64,000 bases of DNA from contig OZ241834.1 of the NCBI GenBank assembly GCA_965202585.1, positions 22,506,001 through 22,570,000 on the forward strand. Direction: 5' to 3'. Shown piece after piece: positions 21,899-33,600 of this stretch. The notes beneath the pieces were generated by a model. That model was not told the origin of the DNA, ran no database searches, and saw nothing but the letters and a program-made list of their open reading frames with translations. How positions within the stretch are numbered: the stretch's first letter is position 1; every line of letters starts with the position of its first letter. A program made the translations under genes and the position numbers. Source of the stretch: Thalia democratica (taxonomy: Eukaryota).

Positions 21899-23487
21899 TA
21901 GTGATGTACCGGACCCGGATCCAGACTTTTTTTTCAAATTAGAATCCGGCCAGAACCGGATCCGGACTTTTTTTTTCAAATTAGAGTCCGGCCGGAACCG
22001 GATCCGGACTTTTTTTTCAAATTAGAATCCGGCCGGATCCGGATATCAGACAAAAATGGCAATATCCGGCCGGACCCGGATAGTGAATCTGGTACATCAC
22101 TAGTATAAACTAGCCTGAGTCAGAATGAGGTTTTTAAAAACTGAAAAAAAAGAACTTTAATCTAATAATAAGTAGAACAGCTAGCCATAAGGTTTACAAA
22201 TATAGGTGTCATTTAAAATTAAAAATCTGAAACAAGTTCTTAAGAAAATACACTAGAAAATTACAAAATATTGAAAACTGAATCAGCTCAAACTCATTCA
22301 AAATCTAAAAGAAAACTAGCCTGAGCTTTATTAAAAACTAAACTAGCCTGAGGCAGTCCAAGAATTTCTAAAATTCCCAATAACTTTCAAACTAGCAGGG
22401 TTGCCACTGTTTAAGTCAATAAAACTAGCTAGAGTGAGTATAAACAAGCCTGAGTCAGAATGAGGTGTTTAAAAACTGAAAAAGTTACTTTAATCTAATA
22501 ATCAGTAGAACAGCTAGCAAAGATTGACAATTTGGTAGTAAAGTCGTGGACTGATTGTGGTACACTTAACTTATTAGTACTACCCATCATAATTAAATCC
22601 TACCTTATTTAACTAATATCTAACAAATACTAAATTCTAACTGAGACTACTTTCTATAATCAGACACAACAGTTTTGAGTGATGAATCTTTTATATAAAA
22701 CACAACAAGAAATACTAGCATATACAAAATTATTAAGTACTTTGGTAACACTTTAAAAACTTGAAGCTATTTAAACCTATATCAAAAGACTTGAAACAAT
22801 AAACTAAAAATTAAATAAAACTTTTAGTAAACAAGAAACTGTAAAATTTTTAATAAGCTATTAAACTATAAACCTGGCTTAAATATTTAAACAATTAAAC
22901 ACCAGTTGAAATATTCACTTTTAAAACAAAACACTACTTATAAAAGCATTCACAAAAAAGTTCAAGATATTTTGCTGCTTCAAGCTGCACACCAAACTAA
23001 CTAACTGCTTACATATAAACTGCCTATCATGTTCTGATGTTTTGTTGCATCAGTATTTAGTTTGAAGCATTTCGTCATATGATTCTCATTGGCTCGTACA
23101 TTCAACCGTATTAACTCTAAATATTCTCTGAGCTCAACTTTAAACAGTAAATAATGCAAGTATTCATTCCAAAGTTTTCAATTTTACAACATATGTAAAG
23201 AGTTGCATTTCTGAAATGTTTATTTCATAACTTAAATGTAAACAAATGTAAATTAGTCATGTGTTCAAAATGAGCCAATCATGGTAGGTGTTTAATTTTA
23301 ACTGACGAAAATGACTTTTATCAATTTACACAGGGTTCGTTTTTGAAAAAATGCTTTTCAGTATGCTCTTTTTTATTAACTAGATCCGGGTCCGGACTTT
23401 TTTTTCAAATTAGAATCCGGCCGGAACCCGATCCGGACTTTTTTTTTTAAATTAGAACGCGGCCGGATCTAGATCGGTACATCACTA
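21899..23487. mobile_element. Non-autonomous hAT-like element(s) with TAGTGATGTACC termini and ~41-bp subterminal tandem repeats
   Basis: Left TIR TAGTGATGTACCGG at 21899; right TIRs GGTACATCACTA end at 22102 and 23487. Outer flanks GTTATAAA / CTTATAAA match 7 of 8 (TSD-like). Units CCGGATCCGGAC(T)nCAAATTAGAATCCGGCC occur x3 at 21915-22040 and x2 at 23385-23470. Confidence 0.7.
22103..22518 (+). repeat. ~82-bp direct repeat (22103-22187 and 22438-22518)
   Basis: gtataaac(t/a)agcctgagtcagaatgaggt(t/g)tttaaaaactgaaaaa...actttaatctaataat(a/c)agtagaacagctagc. A solo CAGGGTTGCCAC end lies between the copies at 22396. Confidence 0.8.
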
Positions 23488-26119
23488 CTTATAAACCACT
23501 AATAATAAAATAATTTACAATGTTAAAGTAGTGCATAGGAACAAATAATGTATAAAATATCTATGCCAGACAGTATACTGTAAAATTGATTGATAGGTAT
23601 CAGTAAGTAGCATTTGCAACACATCCGCCATTAAAATGGTACATACACTGTTTGAAATGATAAAAGTATTATAACTTTTAGCTTTTCAATACGACATCTT
23701 GGAACCTTTTGGTTGTTATTCAAAGAAAATCATGACACTTAATTTCATATATATACCTGAGATAGCTTAAGTTGTGTATGCACTAATGAAATTTGCAAAT
23801 TGCCTCTGATTATACAGTAAGTAGAAAATATTGTAATAAATTTAATAACTATCAGTTCAATTTTAAGAGATTTTTTTAGAAAATTGTTTTATTATGTAAA
23901 ATATACATTTTAGTCTCAAGTAAAGTATTTGAAAGTTTAAAAAATAAGATATTTGAAACAGTTATCCAGTATTTATTTTTATATTTTTTAATATCTGAAG
24001 CCTTTCAGTATGTAATTTTTTAAAGATTTTTCTTTTATAAATGTCTGTTAAACTTGATTAAAAAATATATAACTTTTATCAAATAATTTTAATTTACTAA
24101 GGTTAAATTTTTTCTCTTGGATGTATAAGCTGGTTAAAAGAGCTAAAATAGCTTCTTATAAACCATAAGTAATTCAATTAGAAATTTAAAGCATTGCATC
24201 AGGAAGATTGTATCATTAACAGAGTATATAAAATAAAGCTGTTAATCTTTAGTCAGTATGTAATTTAAACTACTAACATGTGCAATTCAAACTATTAACA
24301 ACAATAGCATTTTTTAATTATATAAGTCTTTTTAATGATTTTTAGTTTTAACAAAAATTACTTGGTACTAAATTTTCATATATAAATGATAACACTACTT
24401 GAAGTAACTTGGATTTTATATGATTTAATAAATTTATTTAACAATGTAATGTAGTATATTTAACGGTAGAAATATTACAATACATTTTTATTAAAATAAA
24501 ATCAATTTGTTTAATTTGAGAGATATGTTTTTAGAACTTAATTTTACTGCATAAAAATAATTCCCAGATTTAAATGTTTTGTTTTCATCTATTGTAATGA
24601 AGTACTTTTTATTTATTTAGTAATGTATAATTTATTTTAAGAAATTTAAAATTAACATCTCTATTTTTTTGAAGTTATCAAACATTTGACATTAATTTTT
24701 TTATTATAGCTAAATGGGTTAAATATGTTCTAAAAGATATCAGTGTTTTGTATAAGCTTAATGTATATTAGCTATTAAGTTGAAACTAGTGTTTAAAAAT
24801 ATATTTATTTTAAGCTGAAGTTTTACAGTACATTAGCATCAAACAATTAATTATAATAGTTTTTTTTAATAATTCCTATGTTTTTAATAGTGGTGGATAT
24901 TAGTTTGAGTATGTATAATTTAATGTTACAAATTAGAATTTTCTTTCAGATATAAATAATATCAAACTAATTAGTAACAATAAATATCGAGATAAAAGAA
25001 TTTAATCATAAATATTGCATTATTAGTTTGTTATACAAAGTAAACCTGCTTAAGATCAGTCAGTATGTAGCAGGTATCATGCATACACCATCTTAGAGAC
25101 AATTGTGCAGTTTAAAGAACCAAATCTAGTAGATTTTTATAGCTCTAAATATGAAATTTAAGAATCTTAAGATTCAAATTAAATAATAAATTTATAAATT
25201 GTTTTTTTATAAATAATAATATTACTTTTGGTAGCTTATAAAGAGCATGAGCTTATAAACTTGCAAATGTTGCCCAAGTATTAAGTATAACATTGGTAAG
25301 AATATAATTTACTTCACAAGTATAATTTTAATCTTAGGAACTATATTTAATAAAGTTATATGTTTTTATTTGAAGTTTTTTTTTAGACTTTATTTGATTA
25401 GATTTTTAGTATTTAAAAAATGTTTATAATAATTTAGTTAAACATAAAATAATAATTTAATTAGTTGCTTTATTTAATTTGTTAGTAATCACATTAACAT
25501 TTACGTTACATGACTAATTATTATGCTAGTACTATATATATCAAATATATTTAGTCACTTATTAGTTTATCTCACTTATGATCATTGTGAAAGCATGAAA
25601 CAGTTTGTAATTGGATATCAACTTACATTTAATAACTGTTTAAATTTAATGTAAACTTTTGAGTTAAACTTCATGTTCATCCAAGCGTTTAAGAGAAAGC
25701 TCTCATGTTCATGTGTTTTACTGATGCAAGTTTGCATTCCCATATTACAGCCACATATAAACTCTCTTCAGTTGAAGCTGGGGACATTCTAGCCACAGCC
25801 CGCTGCATTGAACATGTAATTTCAGAACAGACATTTATATTGTTTGATTGTTTTGTGTAAAGTTTTTATTTTAGAATGTTTTCTCCTCCCAAGTATTTTT
25901 ATAATTTTAGTTTTAAGCTGTTAATTCTCATTTTACTTTTAAGTTTCTCATAGTAAAATGCTTATAGATTTAAATTTAATCTAAGGTTTTAATAACATTT
26001 AAAGCAGTTTATAAACCTTAAAGTTTTTATATTTTTCATGGTTCTTTATATTTGTTAGTGTTTGCAATGGTTCTTTAATTCAATTTGCTCATATAATGTC
26101 ATGCCTAGTTTTATATAGA

Positions 26120-26930
26120 CAGGGTTGCCACAAAGTCAGGAAAAACTAAAAAAAAAACAAAAGTCTGGAAAAAGTGGGGGTTTTTGAAAAAAAAGTCAGA
26201 AAACATGACAAAATTTAAAAAAAGTCAGGTTTTGTCAGTTTAAATTAACAAAATTCTTAATTTTCCAAAGCCTTCAACTAGTATAAATTTAATTACAAAT
26301 CCTTTAAAGTCAGACTAAAATTGCAAAATTTTCCTATAAATTTACATAGTTATTTAATTTTCAATGCCTTCATCTGGTATAAATTAATAATAAATCCTTT
26401 ATAAAACTGGACTATTAACATATTAAACAACTACCCTACTTAAACAAGCAGTTTTTGTAAGCTTTTTAGTTTTGATGATCTGTAGCAAAGACATATCCAT
26501 AGTGAAACTGTGGTATATTCACAAAAGTTTATCTAGCATAATTTTAGAATCAAAGTGTTTTTTGTGTAAGTAAATAATTGAGTTCTTTATAACTAGGCAG
26601 TTAGTTTAAAATTTTATGTAACAAGTTGATGTGTATACTTAACCTCTTTATAATTTTTTTAAAAGTTGTTTGAATTTGTAAAATAACTTATAAGAGAGGT
26701 ATATCCCATGAATACACAGATGGTTCAAGTGATGATTGAATTCAGCAATAAAACTGTTGTTCTAACCTGTATTAAAATAAGATTAAAAGCTTAATATAGT
26801 TTCAAGTGTTAGATTATTTGTTTTAGAATAAGTTTATATTGAAAGTTTGATTTACAAAAGTCAGGAAAATTTTAGTAAAAAGTCAGGAAAAGTCAGGAAA
26901 TTTTTCTCAGCTTGATCTGTGGCAACCCTG
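26120..26930. mobile_element. MITE/deletion derivative, CAGGGTTGCC family (811 bp)
   Basis: Perfect 13-bp TIR CAGGGTTGCCACA / TGTGGCAACCCTG with subterminal AAAGTCAGGAA repeats at both ends. No clear TSD. Confidence 0.8.
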
Positions 26931-27666
26931 GTAAGAGTACCTTTAAGTGTTTTTTAAATTTAAATATGGTTTTTCGTGTGGTTGTACACTACACTATAAC
27001 CTTACAAGTTGTAAAGTAATAAGTTCTATAAAAAATCTTTTTTTATTGCATGATTTTTTTTAAAGACAAAATATTGTAATTTTTAGTTATTTACTAGTTC
27101 TTGTTGTTCTTAAAACTTAACATGTGTAACTATTTTACTTGAGTCTTTTGCTTTTTAGTATCTTACTTTACTTAATAAATTTAAGTTTTGATCTTTTGTG
27201 ATGATAAGGTTATGCATGTTACAAGATATTTACTTTTCTTAAAAATTAGTATAATATTTAGAACTGAAATAAAACAAACTTATCAAACCAAGTATGGTAC
27301 AAATTAGAATAAGCATTATAAAGTAAAAACAAGCCCTGTATTCTTAAATACTTGTCCTGGAAAAAATGTAAATTTTTGATTAGGAGATGTTCTTTGTGCA
27401 GGGTTTTCTCAAATTTAAGCTAGAAAATATTTTCAAAATTTAGAAATTTTCTTAGTATCTTTAGTACACATATTTTATAAAACACTAGTTTTAACAGTAT
27501 GTTATTTACACCTTTATGAAAATTTTTATTTCTTTTATTGTAGTAGAAATTAAATTTTTGTCGAAATGAATTTGTTTTGATTTGTGGTTAGTTAACACAC
27601 TAAATATTTGTTTTTTACAGACTACTATAATAAAAGCATCTCATATCTATTCAGAAAAAAACAAAA

Positions 27667-30600
27667 ATGGTTAGTGAATTAATAACACATACTACAGCAT
27701 TTTGACCAAAAACTATAAAAATACAATTTAAAATAGATAACTTAAATATTTTTTAATGTATTTTTACTAAGAAATTTTTTCTTAAAAGTTTAATTACTAT
27801 ATTGAAATATAATATTTTTAAACTTTGGCTGTTTACAACATGTTATATACATCATTTAAACAAGAAATTTTTTTTTATTCAACTGTTTTGAATTCAAGGA
27901 CTCAAGAAAAGGAACTCAGAAACTGGAAAAGCTTAAGGAAATTGAAGCAGCCGTACAAAATAGATGGGAAAGTTCAAAAGTTTTTGAAGCAAATGCTCCT
28001 GAAGCAGAAGAAAATTGGGAGTTAGTTAATTTTTATAAAGGTTTTATTAAACTAATGACCTCAGTGTTTTAAGTAACATAACTGGTGAATATTTTGATTT
28101 AAATTTTATAATTAATACAACAATGTACTATATATCTTATTACTTTAACTTTTAGGGTATATTTAAAACCAATACTTATATATTTACTTTATGTAAAAAT
28201 AATCAAATAAAATATGGTTTCATATAAAGCTTTGCCTTTTATTCACATGTTTTTGATATTTTATTAAGCTTTTTTTTTAAATTTAATATATAGATGTAAA
28301 CAAATTTAAACGAGATTGTTTTATTTTTACAAAACATATTTTTTACTGTTCTGCTGCTTGACTTTAATTTGCCAATATGTCCAATTATCATTTAATTACT
28401 AAATTCGTAAAAAAACTTGAAAATTTGATTTTAATTGAATTAAGCTGTACTAATTTACATACTCATTGTTTCCACTGTAAAGAATTAACAAGTCATCTAC
28501 CCTTAAGCGTTCTTATTAACAACCACCTACTTTTCAGGGGTGGAAAGTTCATGACAACTTTTCCGTACCCGTACATGAACGGACGCCTGCATCTAGGCCA
28601 CACATTCACCCTCTCAAAAAGCGAGTTTGCGGTTGGCTTCCAGCGCATGATGGGTAAAAAGTGCCTCTACCCGTTTGCTTTCCACTGTACTGGCATGCCC
28701 ATCAAGGCTTGTGCCGATAAGCTGAAAAGAGAAATGGAAGATTTTGGTTATCCACCAAAATTTCCAGAAGAATCCGAGCCAGTGGTTGAAAAGAAGAAAG
28801 ATGTTGAAGCTGGTAAGTAAATTAATTATTAATAAAAACTATAAATATTGAACTTTTAATTTAAACAACCAGTTTTGGTTTCATAACAATATGTAAAAGT
28901 TTTATGGAAAATAAACGAAAAAATGCATACTATTACAAAATTTTACAGACTGAAACTTCTTTAAAACAAATGCTTGGTCTTTACCTTTTCTATTTAATGT
29001 CTTCAAATGTTTTAGCTAAAAGTGCGTTTTCTTATATAAAAACAACCAAATAGAAATGGAAAAGAAAGGAAAAAGCAAGAAAGCTAAAGCCACTTCTAAA
29101 AAGGCTGGTGCCTCTTACCAGTGGCAGATTATGAAGCTGATTGGACTTGAAGATGAAGAAATCAAAAAGTTCTCGGACGCTTCACACTGGCTCGAGCATT
29201 TTCCACCCCTGGCAAAACAGGATCTGACCAAGATGGGACTGAAGGTGGACTGGAGGAGGAGTTTTATTACCACCGACAAAAACCCATTTTACGATTCATT
29301 TGTAAAGTGGCAGTTCAAAACACTCAAGGTAGATTTATACATACTGTATTTGATGTTTTTGAAACTAAAAGAGTTGATTTTGATAACTAATTTCAAACTA
29401 GAACAATGTAAGTTCTAAAAAAAACAAAAGTATTCCTCAAGTGCTTAAGGTTTTACTAAAGTGCTATTCAAAACTTCTGATAATAAGACTTAGTCATTAT
29501 AAAGAATTTAAAGTATAATTATAATTGATAGGATATAGTTTTTTTACTTTTATTAGACTAAGTTTTAAGAATAAGTTTTTTTTTTTAAATAACAATTAAC
29601 ATCCACTCTTGTTTATAACTGTGAAATTCTTTTGTAGCTTAGAGCCTAGAAATTATGTTGTTAACTTTCAAATAAATTTTAATCTTGTCACACAGGAGCG
29701 CGGCAAAGTGAAGTTTGGTGAGCGTCACACAATTTTCTCTCCCAAGGACAACCAGCCGTGTATGGACCACGACAGATCGTCAGGGGAGGGCGCTACACCA
29801 CAGGAGTACACTGCAATCAAAATGAAGCTGCTTGCTCCATTCCCCGAGAAACTCAAGTAAGTTTGATTGAATTAATCAAAAAGATAATTTCAGTAATCTT
29901 TTTTTATTTATTATCAATTCATTACTTTAAAATTGTACCTTTTCTAAACTCTTCTTTACTACAAAATCCTAATGTAGCTTATTTTGTTGTTTTTATAACT
30001 TACGATAAACAAAGTAAGGCTTGTTTATATTTTAATTTAAGTTTATTACAAAGTTATGACTTAATTTTTTTTACAGAAAATTCGAAGGAAACACTGATGT
30101 GTTCTTAGTCGCCGCCACTCTCCGTCCTGAAACAATGTACGGGCAGACCAACTGCTGGATTCACCCCGAAATCAATTACGTCGCTTACAAGCTGAAAAGC
30201 GGGGAGGTTTGCGTGAGCACGAAGAGAGCTGCCAGGAACATGTCTTTCCAGAAACTGACCTGTGAAAACGGAAAGTTTCACGTGGAAGCCGAACTTCAAG
30301 GAACTGACATCATCGGTGTTAAGCTGTCCGCCCCTCTCACCCAGCATGAGGTGATCTACACACTACCGATGATGACAATCAAGGAAGACAAGGGAACCGG
30401 AGTCGTCACTTCGGTGCCTTCAGACTCGCCTGATGATTACGCGGCTTTTGTCGATTTGAAAAACAAGAAGGCGTTCAGAGAAAAGTACGGAATCACCGAC
30501 GAAATGCTGAAAGAACCGGTTTGATTTTTAAATCTTCTAATTCTATCTAAACTTTCGACTGTTATTTGTGTTCTGTATTAGCTATACATTTTAACTTGTT

Positions 30601-33600
30601 TTGTTTAGATTAGGTAGGTTATACTGTTTATTTATTTATTTTAATTTGTATATTCATACTATTTTTAATGGTTTCTATATTGTTTATAATTTCGCTCTTT
30701 TAGTTATGCCGTGCATGCTACTTTACACTCAACTATATATGAATAGTTAAATTTATTTCTTAAAAAAACACTAATATAAAGTAATGATCTAAGAACCAAA
30801 TAGTTTTTGCAATTTTTCTAGATTCTTTTATTTAATACAAACTTAATATGGCTATTACTACAATCTGCCTTTTTTTCTTCTTTAAATATAACAGTTGAAA
30901 ATATATTGTTTTTGCTACCTTTTAGTAACATTAATATTGTAACTTATAACGAAGTTAAAAATATTAAATACGTTTAGGTTGCCATAATTGAAACGAGTGA
31001 GTTTGGAAACATGGCTGCCGTGAAGGTTTACAACGACATGAAAATAAAAAGTCAAAACGACACTGAAAAGCTGAGAGAAGCGAAGGAAAAAGTTTACAAG
31101 GCTGGATTCTATGAAGGAAAAATGCTGGTTTGAATAACGTTTAATTAAATAATTGTTATAAAGTTCTAATAGATACGAAATATTTTCATTACCACACTAT
31201 TAGACACCTTAAAACTTTGTACGTGTTTTACTATATAGGTATTTGACTAGCAGTTATTAGTAACTACATATGTACGAATGTACTAATAATTATTCTTTTT
31301 CTGCTCGTGCATAAGTACTGTGTGCATTGAAATCATAGAAAACTTTAATCTTTTCCGCAGCTACCAGCAGAATACAAGGGCCAGAAAGTGGAAGCTGTTA
31401 AGAAAGTTTTGCAGCAGAAGCTGGTGGATGACAAGATGGCGTTCAAGTATCAGGAGCCTGACAAGAAGGTGGTTTCGAGATCGGGTGATGTGTGCGTCGT
31501 CGCTCTCTGTGATCAATGGTTTGTTTGAATACAAGTGAACTAGATAGCATTAAAATATTATTTAAAATTTGTTGAAACTCGAAATTGTTTTAATGTGTTT
31601 TTTTTTTCTAAATACTGGCACTGGTATAATTTTTTAAAACTTTTTATATGAGTATTTTCTAAAATAAATCATATCAATCAAGTTAAATTTATAATCAATT
31701 TTTTCTGTTTCATTTTGTCCCTGGCATTGATAATTTTACTCAACGTGAATTCAGGTACCTGGACTACGGCAACGAAGAGTGGAAGGCGACGACGAAGAAA
31801 GCGCTGGAAAGCATCGAAACTTTCAGCGTTGAAACGAGGAACCAGTTCAACGCCACGCTCGACTGGCTGAAGGAGCACGCTTGCAGCAGGACGTACGGAC
31901 TGGGCAGCAGGCTGCCGTGGGACGACAAGTGGCTGATTGAGAGCTTGTCGGATTCGACCATCTACATGGCTTACTACACCGTGGCTCACCTGCTTCAGCA
32001 AGGCGCCTTCGACGGTTCCAAGTCTCCGAACAATATCAAGTTTGTTTTTTAAAGAGTTTCTTGAAGTTTTTGAAAGCTCGGAAATAATCCTTAATATATT
32101 TTGTTCTAATTTTGTCGTTATTAAGATGTTGACAATGGTAATGTTTTACATAATTTATAAATTTTTTTGCGGAGTCAAAGTAAAAGTGCTAACATGTTTA
32201 GTTTTTCAATATTTAGCTTAAAAATAAATAAAACTACTGAATAATGCTTTAATGAGATAATTTTTAAAACAGTAATTTCTGTTTATAAGAAATTTTAACC
32301 TAGAAATTATCATTTAGTTACGTTATAAGTATGATAATGTTTGACTTCATTTTCTGATTTTAGTTTTGAAGTTATAGATTAGATGATAACACACTTTGTT
32401 TATTTTTTAATAAAAAACAAATGAAACTGCTGAATAATGCTTATATCAAATGATTTTTAAAACGGTATTTTCTGTTTAAAATAAATTTTAACTTAAAGAT
32501 TATTGCGTTATAAGTATGATAACTAAGTATGATAATGTTTGACTTCATTTTCTGATTTTAGTTTTGAAGTTATAAACTGGATGATAACGCACTTTGTTTA
32601 TTTTTTTAATAAAAAGACAAATGGAATAACTGAATAATGCTTTAATAAATTTTAATACAGTGCTGCAGATATGACTTGTGAAGTTTGGGATTACATTTTC
32701 TTTGACGGTGCTAAAGCTCCTTCCAACTCAAAAATTAGCATCGATCTTCTCAATAAAATGAAGAGAGAATTCAAGTTTTGGTACCCATTGGATCTCCGTG
32801 TTTCAGGTAACAAATTAAATTCAATAGTGTTTAAAATTAAGTTTGAAACTTTAGTTCTTAGAAATAAAGCTGAACTAAAGTTGAGTATTTTAATAAAAAT
32901 TTAAATTTCATGTACTAATTCTTATATACTAGCGCAAAAACTAGTTATGATAAGTTTTTGAATCACTCTTGTTGATCGAAATATGATCAAATCTTCAATA
33001 ATTTATATTGTAAACAGGCAAGGATCTGGTGCCAAACCACTTGACGTATTTTATTTACAATCACGTGGCAATGTGGCCCAATGAGCAGACTCAAGCCTGG
33101 CCCAAGGGAATAAGAGCTAATGGACACATGCTTCTCAACTCTGAAAAAGTTTGACTTTTATAATATTTTACATAGTTTAATACTTGACATAGTTTAATAC
33201 TACTGGTGAACAACAAATATTTCCATTTTCAAATCGGAAAATAGTAAACTCAAAATGCCAAAAGTTTTTGTTGTTATTTTAAACTGTTATTGAGGTTTAA
33301 GTTTAGTATATCAGTTGTTGCTATTTGCACTTTTATGACTTTCAGGAACCATTAATGTATAAATTGTGTTTCAAGTGTATAAAAAGTTTTTTTTTTGCAT
33401 ACATTTTTACACTTATATTGGCTGTCAAGTAGCACTGATGAGTAAAACTTATTTTTGTTTAATATACACTTTTTTCTAGATGTCCAAGTCCACAGGAAAC
33501 TTTATGACTTTGACCGACGCCATTGAAAAATACTCTGCTGACGGTAGTTTTAATATATTGTTGTAACAAAAACTTTACGAAAAACTAATCATTTATTGTG

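Noticed and set aside
21397-25114. Idea that the degenerate motif copies are last exons of a tandem gene family (NGxC...ATY*) or use TGA as Trp
   Set aside because: Two of three copies have an in-frame TAA just upstream, and the real genes here use TGA/TAA as stops under the standard code.
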